64,000 nucleotides of DNA from Octopus vulgaris (taxonomy: Eukaryota): NCBI GenBank assembly GCA_951406725.2, contig OX597820.1:81282001-81346000 (forward strand), in the 5' to 3' direction. Position 1 is the first letter of the stretch; the number at the start of each line of letters is the position of its first letter. Positions 40,581-54,595 of this stretch are shown here, piece after piece. Both the position numbers and the translations under genes were made by a program. Under the pieces are notes generated by a model, which saw only the letters and a program-made list of their open reading frames with translations, was not told the DNA's origin and ran no database searches.

Positions 40581-41530
40581 CTGCAGGACTGTGTTGAGCG
40601 TCAATGTCAGCTTTGGCAAGATTTCTATAGCTGAATACCTTTCCAATTGCTAACCACTTTACAGAGTATGTGCTGGATGCTTTTATATATTTTTCAGGCC
40701 ATCAGCACTAGTGTAATTCCTGAGTTACTTTGCAAGGGAAATGGAAAGTCCCCTTGACTGAGAGTAGGATGTATCCAAGAGACAAAGTGGTGGCTTTATG
40801 CCATGTGTTGGGAGGCTAATGTGTGATGGAGGGACAAGTACAGGTGTCATGTTGTAGAGAGGATTTATGGCTACCTCACATTATATAAGGGTGAGTGGGT
40901 GCAGCTGGAAAGAATAAAGAAATGGTGGTGACAAGCTGCCAGAGCATCTCAAGATACAAGAAAGCAAATATAAAAAGTATATAGAGAGCGGCCCAAGGGA
41001 GGGGGTTAATTTCGTATGTCAGAGGAAGGTAGCAGATGGTTAGAGTTGGGGGTAGTAGTTCAGGAAGGATATATGAGAAAATGGGAGGATTTATGAGCAA
41101 AGTAATACACAATGACAGAAATGAGGGTCAGAGGTACATAAGGGTGGATGTAGTGAACAGGACAACAATGGTTGGCTTTGCATTGGTGGCGGCAGATATG
41201 AGAAAATGATAGTGAATATGAATAGTGTTAAAGATGAGGTATGGTAGCTCTCAGGGGAATGAGAAATAAATCAAAGCATAAAAAGGGGTAATTGTGTAGG
41301 AAGGGATGATAATGAGAATGAGGGATGGCTGTTAATAGGAAGTAGTTTCAGGGAAGAAGGAGACAATTGGTAGCTCAAGAAAAAGGATGGGACAAAATAT
41401 GTGCCAATTCTGTTTTCAATTCTGATTACAGCAGCTGAGAAAAGTGATAGAAGGAAGAGTGTTAGGAAGAGTGCAGGGTTAGGAAAGCAACATGTACAGG
41501 CATAAAGAAAACGTTCTCAGGATCTAATTT
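40580..41530 (-). mobile_element. RTE 3' tail plus long 3'-UTR relic, purine-rich on +
   Basis: 40590-40690 is the reverse complement of the RTE tail. The adjoining G/A-rich tract mirrors the C/T-rich tail at 17350-18100. Confidence 0.5.
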
Positions 41531-43042
41531 TTTTCCATGATGGACAAGTTTTAGCACAGTAAATCACCAATCATCACAGTCCTTTGTCAGTGCTTACTAC
41601 TTTATCTCGTGTCTTCTTGAGTCTCTCCCTTCCACATATTTCCTCCCCAATTTCTTTTTACAACAACATTGTTCATAACACACATAGGTTATTGGTGCAA
41701 GGGATTCTGCAATGCTGGTGCTTTGATATATTGTGTCTTGTCAGCTGGAAGTACCTGAACCTTTAAGCCAAAATAAACTGACATTGTTTATAATTTAAGC
41801 AAATAAAATTGTTTGCTGATCAGTGCTTATATCTGCCAACTGATAAAAGATCATTATTTGCACTGTGTACAGTGAGATCTGAAATGATTTGCATACTTAA
41901 TCATTGTCACTGCAAAGCATCTCAGTTTTATCAATCAAAATAACCTCTGGTACCAAAAGCATCCAGACATTATTCACATACAATGAGAGGTAAGTCTTAG
42001 TTTGATTTTTTTTCAACTCTAAAGATTCTGCTTATGCATTCACAGCAAACAAGGCACAGGCCTTAGATTGTATAGGTGTATTTTTACCCACTCTGATTTT
42101 TACACATGGCCAGTTATATGTCGCTACGAGTAGAGCAATGGACTCCAGTAATTTGAAAATTAGTGTCAACCAAACAGAAAATATCTAGAAAGAAGTTTTG
42201 TAATCATGTCGATATTATCAAAAGGAATATGATTCATAATTTAAATAAGGAAATTTGGGAACTTTGAATGTATAAGAGTATAAACAAGCATAAAATAGTG
42301 TAAACAACTAAAATAAAAGTATATCTATATAACATTTTTTTCTTATGTAGTGGTAGAAGAAAGCTCTAGCTTTTGTTAGGAGTGGTCTACATAACGATTC
42401 ATGGTACAGAGGCTGGGAACCTATTTCAATCTGGGAGTGAATTGTCATTATATGTCACTTAGTCACAAACATGTCATATAGCTGCAATAGCTGCATCACC
42501 AAAAATGATGTGATTTCTCTCAGACATCACTGAGTAATCTATCAAGTCTGTTTACAAATTTCTTATTACAGACTGCTGTTATGACTTCCTTCTCTCATTT
42601 TATGCCTCCATCATAGATGGGTAGATTTGCTAGTACTTATAATAATACAAGCTTAATAAAACAATTAATCAAATATAATTATAATTACTTCACTGAAGAT
42701 TTTCTAATTCTTAAATACTTTCAAATATATTTGATAAACATGCAGTGTATTGTTGTTAGAATGTTAAAGTGGATAGTAACATAATGTAATTAACCAACAA
42801 AGTTTAATTAAACTGCATTACAAGTGCAATGACGAAAAATAGTATTTTAATGAATAAGTCAAGCAAGGAAATAAAAGGGGAGAAAACACTGGAATTTAAA
42901 TGATTAAAAAGTAAAACCGAATTTGCTCTTTAGTAAAATAATGACAATTCTGGACATGTTTTAGTATTATAAGACCTCCTCAGCTGTGTCTAACTATTAC
43001 TTTCAGATCTTTGAATAACAAACACAAAACAACAGATGAAAC

Positions 43043-43115
43043 AGTTCATCCTGAATATTAGGAGTAGGTATAATTTGAAAGTGGAATACCTGCTCCTAAT
43101 ATCTAGAGATCAACT
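43043..43115. ncRNA. Pre-miRNA-like hairpin candidate
   Basis: 17-bp stem ATATTAGGAGTAGGTAT/ATACCTGCTCCTAATAT with one G-U, a 14-nt loop and an imperfect ~12-bp lower stem. Confidence 0.3.
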
Positions 43116-45374
43116 AAGACATGGGGTAGGCATGGAGAGGAAATCTTCCCAGAGATACAGCAAAATATTCACAGACAATTTGAGCTTGTATTCATATAGG
43201 TGATTGTTTTATACTTTAGCCATTGAAGTATTTTAACCTACTGAATATCCAGAGATATGTAAGAATGTTTCATATGCCAATAGCCATCATTAATTTTATT
43301 GCAAGAAATATTACTGCTTCTGTTTTAATTTCAAAGAATTTTCTCAAACCAACTGAAAGTAGTCTAACTGTAGCAATAAAACAAACAAACATTTAAAAAA
43401 ATACAATACCATGTTTGAAATAATTATTTTATAGATTTCATACATTTGTCCAGTGACCTGACAGCATTTGTATTAATTCATCTTTCTCTTTGTTCCAACC
43501 ACTCACCTGGCCAATCATAACAACCCATTCTCATCACATGCAATCTCAGTTTATTCTCCTGGAAACAACACTTGAGACTGATAATTCTCAACTTTACTAG
43601 ATAACAACATTTGTCTACTATTTTTAGTGCCACCTCACTGCAGCTCATGATTATTACATATACAACTGGTTTAATTGTTTCTCATGTCAGAGCAATTGGA
43701 AAGCTTTGTGTAAAAACTTAGCCAAACGGAAATGAAACTGCATCTTTTATGCAGTCACTGGGAGCAGCACATTTCTATTTATAATCACTGAATAGAATAA
43801 AAGGAAACCTGGACAATTGAGGTTATATGACTTTGTTATAGGAAGGAGAGTAGTACTTATGACCTTTACCAGGGCCTCTGAGACCAATATCACAGATCTA
43901 TATTCTCTTCTGGTTCTATATTGTGACTTATGCCATTCCCAATCATCAACAGAATATAAAGAATCTACAAATGGATTTCCTAGCATGAGCAGAAAAGATC
44001 TTTATAAAAACTGGTTAACACCTGCAGTTCCTAATCTATGGGATAAGATCCAAATTAGGTTGCAATATAATTCTGATTTGATTATAAAAAATATAATCTT
44101 TTACTTTTAAAATATTCGATATACTTTTAAATGTTCATATGTAATTATAATAAACCATTGACATAATAAAGGACACAACATTCACTGCAAATAAAAAACT
44201 GAGCTACATATTTTTCTAAAAAATATTGTGTCCTACTGGAATATTTAGAAAAAAATAGTCTTGGAGTCTGATTGCCAACATATGTTGTGATGGTAAAGGA
44301 TTGAGAAGCACTGTTTTATAATCAAAGACAAAACATCATAAACATGATTCTACACTAAATTTAGCTCAATTTACTAACCTATTTAAAAAGATATTTCTAA
44401 TGTTAACCAACATCTTTTAGCTTCCATCCAACCCCTTCTTCCAATTATACTTAGTATCAGTAGCAGTAAAGTCCCAGGTCAGTCATGATTGAGTATACTA
44501 TCAAAAATGCTCCAACCATGACCATTCAAACTTCTTATATACCAGGGACCACATAATCCAATATATGCTTCATGTCATAAGTCAATAGGTGAGGTTTGAT
44601 GAATATGTCTACTATTTTTAGCAGGTCTAGTGACCACAAAAAGGTGCCCTCATTTACATAAGTCAATCTATAGTGTTGACATATTTTTGGCATATATGAA
44701 ATTTTGCTACATTTTATTGTTCAGTTCCTGTTTCCATTGTCTGCATAACAGAATTTCTAACTACTTCCATTTAGGAAAATGATAAAGAGCTTTGGAGATT
44801 TCTAATAGTAGTTAATGCCATATTTTTCAAGTTACAAACATTTTTAGCAACCCTGAGATGAGCTACACAATGTGAATTGAAGTTAGTTTCTTAGAAAAAT
44901 TCCACTCTTCTCAGAGCATCTTTAATAGACAAGTCTTAGAAAGTATCATGTAGACATAGTCTTATATTCTTCAAACAGGGAGTTGTTTTATGCATTCAGA
45001 CTTTACTTACAACAGATTCACTTGTTTTCCCTATTCTTTACCACTCATACTGTGTCCCCCCTCCACCCCAAGGCTCTACACTAATCAAAAATACCCAGAC
45101 TGTCCTTCTTATTCATAACATTACTCACCAGAAATTCTCTCTTTGCCAATGTTCTTCTGGCAGCCATTATCTTAAAGATGTTAAAGAGAAACATTAACTA
45201 TATTGATGTCAGTTGTCTTGGAAAGTCTGTGTACAGTGTGGCTCTGGCCCATTCCTCCATACCAAACCATTAATTGGTAAATTAGTAAACATTTTAAGAC
45301 AAATCAATAGTTCAGTCTTTGACAGAAATGATTCCTTTGTGCAATACAAAACCAAACTGAACACTATATTTTTT

Positions 45375-45588
45375 TTTACTTATTTCAGTCACTTGACTGT
45401 AGCCATGCTGGGGTACTGCCTTGAAGTGTTTTTAGTTAAACAAATCCACCCAGGACTTAACATTTTCTTTTAAAACCTGGTACTTATTCTATTGAGCTCT
45501 TTTATCAAACCACTAAGTTATGGGGATATAGACACACCAATACCAGTTTTTAAGAGGTGTTGGGAGACAAATATAGATACAAACACAC

Positions 45589-45632
<44 letters not shown>

Positions 45633-45787
45633 GAGTTTCTTTCAGTTTCTGTCTACCAAATCCACTTACAAAGCTTTGGTCAGCCCAGAGTTATAGTTGA
45701 AGACACTTGCCCAAGGTGTCACAGAGTGGGACTAAATGCTGAACCATATGATTGGGAAGCAAACTTCTTACCACATAGCCACACCTA
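45375..45787 (-). mobile_element. SINE family A
   Basis: Reverse-complement match to family A with internal (TA)n. Confidence 0.85.
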
Positions 45788-45929
45788 CTGTAGATTTGCT
45801 CTGATACTTCCAAATATCATCACTCTATCATTAAAACTCTACTTTTCTACCAATGTGTTTCATCAATAACAAGTACTCCAAAGAAATCTCCATGGTGTCA
45901 ATCACTCAATTAGGAATAGCTATAAATAA

Positions 45930-46095
45930 TGCACTCTCAGAGTGGTTGGTGTTAGGAAGGGCATCCAGCTGTAGAAACTCTGCCAGATCAAGACTGGAGC
46001 CTGGTGCAGCCATCTGGTTCGCCAGCCCTCAGTCAAACGGTCCAACCCATGCTAGCATGGAAAGCGGACGTTAAACGACGATGTTGATGATGATG
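45930..46095 (+). mobile_element. RTE 3' tail insertion
   Basis: gagtggttggtgttaggaagggcatccagc...ccaacccatgctagcatggaaagcggacgttaaacgac(GAT)n; matches 62590-62765. Confidence 0.85.
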
Positions 46096-46324
46096 AATAG
46101 TGAGATATCTTTCAACTAACATTTTACTATCTTTAAAAACAAAAGGAATGACACATTCAGTAATGTAATCTGAGATACACTATGCCTGAAAACAAAAATG
46201 AATAAATAAGCTTCATATGTCACAGATGTACTGGAGCAATATATATCATGAGTACACCAGAAATAGATTCTCTTAAATGCCCTGATGGCACAGGCCCACA
46301 AGAACTAAATGTTAGCTTCTGTTG

Positions 46325-46560
46325 TCTAGGAAACATAATTGGGAGAGGAGGTGGTTGCTGTGAAAGTATAGTGGCTAAATTAAGAATGAGCTACTGTTGC
46401 CGGTAACAAAGTATTTACTCTCAGGATGAAAGTCAAATTGTATGATGATTATGGAAGAACTTCAATATTGCATGGTAGCGAGACATGGTCCTTGAATGAA
46501 AGAAGACTGATGAAAACTAGAAAGAAATGAAGTGAGGATGATTTAATGGTCAGTCCAGCA
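46325..46560 (+). mobile_element. RTE ORF2 C-terminal fragment
   Basis: GGGCCESIVAKLR..LHGSETW..LERNE motifs homologous to 62090-62310. Confidence 0.65.
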
Positions 46561-47679
46561 TTAACATCAGAGTACAAATGAGCTAAGAAAAGAAACTGCC
46601 AACCTCTCTGCTTGCAAATAAGTTTCCTCCCACCAATTCCACTCACAAGGCTTTAGCTGACCCAGGAGTCATCATAAATGACACTTGCCATAGGTGCCAC
46701 ACAGTGGCACCTTGGGCCCGAAAACATGCAGCTGAGAAGTAAACTTCTTATGACTTCACCTATATACATGCATGCATGCATATATATCATCATTATCTAA
46801 CAACTGTTTTCCATGCTGGTATGGGTTGGACAAATATATGTATGCTTTCTTGCATGTATGTATGTATGTGTGTGTGTGAGCATATGTATGTTTCTGTTTC
46901 CATCTCTTAACATTGCTTCATAGTTGTAAATGAGTATCACTGTCATTTATTTATTCTGTGAAAACATGTCTGGCTATGAGGAAATATTACCTTGCTTGAA
47001 AACGGGTATGTATTGATGACAGACAGTAGAAAATCTGACTCAATAAGCTTCGTCTGATCCAAGCAAGCATAGAAAAGCGGATGTTATGATGATGATGTAT
47101 GTGCATATATATGTACATACATCATCATTTCATGGATTCTGAATTGTGTCCCAGATTGATAAGTTTTCTGTCTCTTTGACAGCATCATTGGGTAACCAGC
47201 CAGGAGTGATGGCTAGGTAAGTTTACTTGGAGAAAGTACCATCACTGCCACTCCTACTACCATTATTACTCCCAAAACTACTACAACCACCACCACCACC
47301 ACCACCACCACCACCAACACTACTACTAGTCTAATCTTTATCTCTGATAAACTTGGAGAAGAAATGGAAACATCACACTTAAGAGTAATTTTTACTATTT
47401 AGAGAGAACTTAATCATGTGATGGTGGTGATGCTGGAAGTTGAGGTGGTACAGGTGAGGCTTACTGTTGGTAAAGTTATCAGTGGATTAAACATAAGCTG
47501 TCTTTGTAACAAGTTTGGTAGTGTGGTTACAAAAATGATTCACAATTACATGGTCCTCAGGATGCTAAACATTTCAGATGAGATGACAATGGACTGAGAT
47601 ACCTGGAGCCTTGCTGTACTCAAGAAGACCTGTACTCCATAGCAGAAGTGTTAAGGTGAATGGGATTGGCCTGCAAGAG

Positions 47680-47840
47680 TACTCAGCACACTCTGTAATG
47701 TGGTTGGCGTTAGGAAGAGCATCCAGCTGTAGAAACTATGCCAAATCAAACTGGAGCCTGGTGCAGCTTGCCAGCTCTGGTCAAACCAGCCAACCCATGC
47801 CAGCATGGAAAACAGACATTAAACAATGAGGACGATGACA
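47680..47840 (+). mobile_element. RTE 3' tail insertion
   Basis: tggttggcgttaggaagagcatccagctgtagaaac...caacccatgccagcatggaaa. Confidence 0.8.
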
Positions 47841-48329
47841 GTTCTAGTTTAGATACCACTGTATGTCATTTTGGGTAGATGTCTACTGGTGCAGCCTCAG
47901 GTTCATTGGAGCCTTGTGAAAGAAGTTTGATAGACAAAAACTGTGGGATCAACTGTGGTTAGTCTTGGGAGACAGACTTAATTGTCAATGACAGCTCTAG
48001 CTGATAGTTGGTATCATTCATCACACTATCCACTCTGTTGTAAGCACTTGGACCAGGTTTCTAGTCTGCAAAGTATTATAGGTTCATTGGTGGTGTTGTT
48101 CTTCTTCCATTAAATACATATTACAAAAAAAAAAAATGATGCATGGGGCTGGCGTAATAGGTGACATTTATGAAAATACAGTGAAGTTTAGAATTTTGTC
48201 TGCTCATCTGCTTTAATTATATCAATCTACATCAGTTCTGTCACCTGATTTACTTAAGTTATAGCAATCAAATATAACATTAGTATTCTGTATGCCAACT
48301 AATTTAATATAACAAATATTTAGCATTCT

Positions 48330-49045
48330 GTCAAAGTTGACATGATAAGCCTAAACTATAGTGTTGTCTCAGCTTGGATAATTAATCTAACCTAATTTTA
48401 ATGTTTTGTCGCTCAGCTGATCTAATTAGTAAAATATAGCTCTGGTCTCTTGCTGCTCAGCTAATCTAATAAATCAAACATAAGTTTAGTGTTCTGTCTC
48501 TCAACTAAACTAATTAATGATAGTGTTCTGCTACTCAGTTCATCCAATTAAACAGGTAGCATCCTGTCCCACAACTAAATTAATTAATGGAATGTAACTT
48601 TAGTGTTCTGCAACAGCTTACTAATTAGTCTAACAAAACTATACTGTTCTGTCACTCAGCTAACAACTGAGCTAATTAATCAAACAACTTAAGAGTTCTA
48701 CAACTCAGTTAATGTAATTAATTTAACTCAGCAAATCTAATTATGTATCCTAATTTTAGTGTTCTGTCCATCAGGTAACATAATTAGCTAACAACTTTAT
48801 TCTTCTGTGACTCAACTATCCTAATTTATCAAACAACTTCAGTTTTCTGTCATTCAGCTAACCCAATTTATCTAAGTGTTCCATCATTCAACTAGCCTCA
48901 TTAACTATACTGTTCTGGTACTTAACTAACCAAATTAGTCTAACATAAATTTGGTGTTCTGTCTAATATACTTCAGTATTCTATCACTCAGTTAGTCTAA
49001 AATTAGTCTAAAATAATTTTATTATTCTCTCACACAACTAACCAA
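48330..49045. repeat. Degenerate minisatellite, unit ~35-45 bp
   Basis: Recurrent tagtgttctgtcactcagctaatctaatta motif. Confidence 0.8.
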
Positions 49046-49097
49046 ATATATGTATCATAACTCTTGAAAATCCATGGAAAATATTTTTCTATCTTTT

Positions 49098-49466
49098 TAT
49101 CTTTTACTTTTTGCTGTCATTAAACTGCGGCCATGCTGGGGCACTACCTTGAAGAATTGTAGTCAAATGAATCAACACTAGTACTTTTTTTAAACCTGGT
49201 ACTTATTCTATAGTTTCTTTTGCTGAAATGTTAAGTTACGGGGACATAAACACACCAATGCAGGTTGTCAAGCAATGGTGAGGAACAAACACCCACCCAC
49301 ACACATAGGCTTCTTTCAGTTTCTGTCTACTAAATCCATTCACAAGGCTTTGGTTGGCCTGAGGCTATAGTAGAAGACACTTGTCCAAGGTGCCATGCAG
49401 TGTGACTGAACCCAGAACCATGTGTTGAGAAGCAAAATTCTTACCACAACAATCATGCCTGTACCT
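49098..49466 (-). mobile_element. SINE family A
   Basis: Reverse-complement match to family A. Confidence 0.85.
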
Positions 49467-50076
49467 ATGGTACCATATATTCCAAATTTTGCATTATATT
49501 CTTGTTTCATGAATGCACTTAATATGTTACTCTAACTAATTTATCCCTGCATCTGACAGAGGACATCTATCACCACGAGCCAAGCTTGAAGGATTTATTT
49601 CCCTCCATGAGGTGGCCAGTAAGAGAAGGCAGAATTTGATCCCAAAACCAAGAAAATCACAGATAACCATTGCAATATATCTTGTCAGAAACAAATACCC
49701 TATCAATCTGCCAATTCACTACTCTGCAATGGTACTTTATCATCTCCAGAAAGATGAAAAGTAAAATTGACTTTGGTAGGATCTGAACTCAGAGTGAAGA
49801 GATGCAGAGCAAATGCATTCTATCCAATGTGCTAATGAATCTCTCATTTATCACCATCTTTCAAATCCATTGTACAAATAGTAACTGGTCTTAAACATAC
49901 ACATACATTTCTGTGACCACTATGATTCATAACAACATTCACAAAAATTTGAGTTTTTATTATCAGAGTTCTTTTCTCATTGACTTCTTATCAGCCAACA
50001 TTGTAGACTGTACTACTCTTGTTTTTTAAAACATTTTTCAGTTTGCTACCTCTTTGCTCTTATGAAATCGCTTTAA

Positions 50077-50297
50077 CCCTTTTGATACCAACCCGGCCAA
50101 AACCGCCTCTGGCTCTGTAGTACAAATGTCTTGTTTTCATAAGTATTGAATTAAAATCTTCCACCAAACCTTAGTCACAATTTATGTTGCTAACACTAGC
50201 TTAATGATAACTAAGTTATTTTACTAAATTCTTAGCTATATACAAAGTAATTGAAAGAAACACAGAGCATCTCAAAATAAATATGGTAACGAAAGAG
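50077..50297. mobile_element. piggyBac-type MITE, inverted copy of 18569-18784
   Basis: TTAA flanks, CCCTTTTGATAC / GTAACGAAAGAG ends, high identity to the other copy. Confidence 0.9.
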
Positions 50298-51759
50298 TTA
50301 AGGTACCAATTGGCAGCTCTTTTATCTTAGATTACTTGGTATTCTACTGAAGGCACAAAGTTTCAAATGATAACCAATATTATTACAGGAATTGATGTCA
50401 ATACAAGCTAATAAATCATGTTAATTCAGTTATAATACCACTCCTGTGAGTCAATAAAGTACATACTCATTAACTTGTACAAGAATTCAACTAATGCTAT
50501 CTTGTAAATTGGAAAATAAATATATTAAAAAGAAAAAAGAAAAATGATTACCTGGAAATAACTTTTTTATCTCCTATGAAATATATTTCCTTTTTTTTTT
50601 GAGATAATTTATCTCAAAATACATAAATCATTAGTTAATTTAAAAGAGAATTATGAAATAATTAGTCTATATTTTCAGGAGAAAATAGTTATTTTTTCCC
50701 TATGAAGATAATTGCTAAAAAAAAAAAAAAAAAAACAGAAAAGAGAGACAGACAGAATTGATACAAAATGATGAAAATAACTATAATTCTAGATCATCCC
50801 AACAGGAAAGTTTTATACGACAAAGAGAATGTAATTAATTCCAAAGATTCTTCTTGTCATTGAATATTTTTCCAATTTTTAAAATTTAACTGTTTCCATA
50901 TTTTGGGTGCCCTCAAACTCAACATTTTACATAAATACTTGTTTATATTTTTAATATTTGTCTTTTGTTTTTTAAAACAGTTAGAATGGAAAGAAAACTG
51001 GTTGGATGTAAACTAGATTTTAAATGACTCATAATAAATAAAAATGCCTTTACTCAAAATGATAAGAAAAAGACCGGCTACCAGCAGATATTAAAATGCA
51101 TGTAGATAAAATGTGTAGGGGAAAAAGAAATTTATGTATCCAAGCATGTGTAATTTGATAGATTTCATAGTTGGTTGCCCATCCTAACACAAGAAAATGA
51201 TATCAATAAATATTATTGATTTGGAAACTATTTTAGATAATAGAAAATGTGTGAACATGTGTGATCACATGATATAACATTTATAGGTCTGTTTAGTCAG
51301 GTCTGACTTGGGGCTAAACAGCCAACATACAGAAAAGATCTTTTGGGGGAAAATACATAATAAGCTGCCAGGATATTAAACATTAGAAATATAGTTTGCA
51401 GATGTAGGGGATATTTTTAGAGAATATTGATGACTAGAATAAAGGTACCAAATTAGGTGTTACTGTTGTACAGCTTGTTTCATATTTGGTCTAGCAGTTT
51501 CTATTGCCATTTACAGTGTCCTGACCACACCTGCAAGTGAGGAATAAACACAACAAAATGCTGTGTGTAGGCTTCTTTACAACAAAGTTAAAATAAAAGC
51601 ATCATGATTTGATAACAGTAATGTACAAATGGATTTTGAATTTTCTGACCAAGAAATCAAAAAAAGAAAAGTTATGAATCTATAATATTAGGCAACTACA
51701 CATTTTCTTCAAAATACCAGAGCTAAAACCTTATTATACACATTCTTTAGCTGTGACTA

Positions 51760-54560
51760 TCTCCATATCCACTACCAATAACTTCAAATTTGCAGATGAC
51801 TCTGCTGTGAAAAATTGGATCTGTGATGTACCAATGAAGGAGCCACTATACAGCTGCTAGAAATAACAAATAAGACACTTGAACTGCAGACATTCAAAAT
51901 AAAACCAACATGTTAACTAAATACCAAAACAAATGACAGCAACTACTAACACCATCCATCCATCACCGAGGGAGTCCTCAATATACTCAACACAATCTGG
52001 TTCAAAATAATTTGAGCCAACTGAAAAATCCAACAAATAATACAAATGGAAAAAAAGTGATAAATAAAATACACCTCTAGTTATACAACCTAAATGGCCA
52101 GAGTCAACATCAAATGCAGTAATGTCAACATGGCATATGTCAGAAAACATCTAAACAAGATGCAAAACATAAGAAAACAAGAAAATTGGCAAATCTAACA
52201 AACTCTAAAAGAAACAGGGAAATTCAACAGAGGAATTAGCAATGTCAAGAACAAATCAGTTGTCACAACATATGTTACAACTGCAATCTTAGATGATAGA
52301 TCCACACTCTAACAGCAATAAGTAAATACACTGATGAAACATTTAATCACCAAAAACCACACAAAATATAAAAAAAAACATGCACTTTCCATCTAGATCA
52401 TGAGTGTTAATCTTTTTCATCAAACAAATACCAGAAAAGCAACAGAAAAATCCTAAAAGTCAAAACTGTGAGGAGCTGGTGAAATCCAAAACAAACACAA
52501 AACACTTAAAAGCTGAAGGGACCATTGTACTTACTCACCAAAAAGAGAGCCTCAAAACACCTGTACTTGTCCCTTTGTTATAATTTAGCCTTTTGATACA
52601 TGGCATATAGCCACTCATCTCTACCTTCCCCTCCTAAATACTTTTTCTTAGTAGTGGGAGCATTTTCATCCCTTTCTTTCCCCTTCTTCGTTCTTTTCTG
52701 TCTTGCAAGTTATATGGCAAACCTCACGAATGTCAGTGGTATGAAAAATGCACCCAGTATGCTCTGTAAAGTGGTAGTGGCACAAAAAGAGCACTCAATA
52801 CATTCTTTAACATGATTGGTATTGGAAAGGGCATCCAATTACAGAAACCCTGCCAAAGATGACATTAGAGCTTGATGCAGCCTTGCAATTCACTGCTTCC
52901 CTGTCAAACTGTCCTACTTATGCCAGTATTGAAAGTGGACGTTAAATGATGATGATCTCCCTCAAATGACACCACTACACCATGAAAATAAAATAACACC
53001 AAGTGTTGTCACAGATGTACAAAAAGTTGGGATGGGGAATCTTTAATTATAGGGCTGCTTAATCAGGGCCGATCTGGGACTAAATAACAAACTCTTGTAA
53101 TATTGCCCAATTCTTTGAATCTGAAAACTTTGCAAAATCACAATTCTAAATCTCATACACAACCCAAGTGAAGTAACATCATATAGAGCTATTTCATGTC
53201 TATATAGACTCAAATATTATAGAAAGCCTCATCATTAATATCACTAAACCACACATTATTCTTTATATCACAACATACATTAAGACCACTGCATTCAACT
53301 ATTTCATCACTCACAGATAATATATGGCAACTTCAACATTGAAAAAGCTCTCTACTCAACTCCCGTGCTTGCTATCCATTTAAATACAAAATACTCAATA
53401 TCTTACAAAACAAGTCAAACTGCTGGGTAGTAAACTACCAGCATACCACCAGTCCTAGTAGTCAATAAATACAACCAAAATTTAAGTTTCTTAAAAGTAA
53501 CACAAGGATCTATATTCTCACCCACTTCTTTTAACATATGCCTCAAAACATACATCCAAGATCATCAACATAGGACATCCTACTCAGATTCTCTCAATCT
53601 TACAACACCTAGAAAGAAACCTGATTCCTAAACATCTGAACAAAAGCTGTACCTACCAAATCCACAATCAGAAAACATCAACCAACAATCACATTCAACA
53701 ACATAAACACACACAGATAAGGTGAAGAAGTCTTTATGTAATCACTAATCCAGATAGAAATAGCAAATGAATTGCTCTAAAAACCATATCTTTGTCTCTT
53801 AAAAAACTGAAGATACATTGAATAGTGGAGTTTTGATAGATTGTCTAAAAATAAGATAAGACAGTTATGGCTGAAATGTCTTTGATCATGGCTTAATAAG
53901 AACTGATCTTGGGTTAAACAAAAACAAACTTTCACAACACATGGAAAAGTGTAAAAATGACAAAAGCACATGCCTTCATATGTACCTCATTAGGCAGAGG
54001 AAAAGAAACCCTAGAGAATAAACTTGATTGGTGGCGAGCTGGCAGAAGCGTTAGCACGCTGGGTGAAATGCATAGCTGTATTTCGTCTGCTGTTATGTTC
54101 TGAGTTCAAATTCCGCCGAGGTTGACTTTGCCTTTCATCCTTTTGGGGTCGATAAATTAAGTACCAGTTACGCACTGGGCTCGATGTAATCGACTTAATC
54201 CGTTTGTCTATCCTTGTTTGTCCTCTATGTTTAGCCTCTTGTGGGTAGTAAAGAAATAGAGAATAAACTCTAGATGCAATGAGTATTATGTCAGCTCTGA
54301 TTGAACCATTAACCACTCTGCAATAAACTACAAAGAACACAAAACTATGTACTATATATCATCACATACTGTATACGGACCACTTACACAAAAACAAAAA
54401 TACCAAAAGTGAAAGACCATGCCACTGGACATGTAATTTCAACCTCTATAGTCCCTATCATTACATGAAAAATCATCCCTAAATACCCAAACACATATAC
54501 AACACTTCACAATTCTACTATAACATCATCTAAACACAATAGCTCACATTCTCATCCCTG
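51760..54560 (+). mobile_element. Old fragmented LINE (CR1/Jockey-like RT remnant) interrupted by younger repeats
   Basis: A/C-rich strand bias. ~53495-53545 reads VTQGSIFSPTSFNIC, matching the RT motif xPQGSxLSPxLFN. Interrupted by an RTE tail (52720-52955) and SINE B. Confidence 0.45.
54025..54256 (+). mobile_element. SINE family B, full length (tRNA head plus Meta/MESC-like core)
   Basis: Head GGTGGCGAGCTGGCAGAA, B-box-like GAGTTCAAATTCC, core GCCTTTCATCCTTTTGGGGTCGATAAATTAAGTACCAG. 13-bp TSD TAGAGAATAAACT at 54012-24 and 54257-69. Confidence 0.92.
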
Positions 54561-54595
54561 ACAATAAAATAAAATTAAATAAAAACACAAACATA

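Noticed and set aside
44021-44313. Possible hAT MITE ending TTGAGAAGCACTG
   Set aside because: The left TIR is degenerate and there is no convincing TSD, so boundaries cannot be supported.
47183-47216. Plus-strand 34-nt segment with a good acceptor and GTAAGT donor
   Set aside because: It is isolated, on the opposite strand to the other exon candidates, and such matches are expected by chance in 64 kb.
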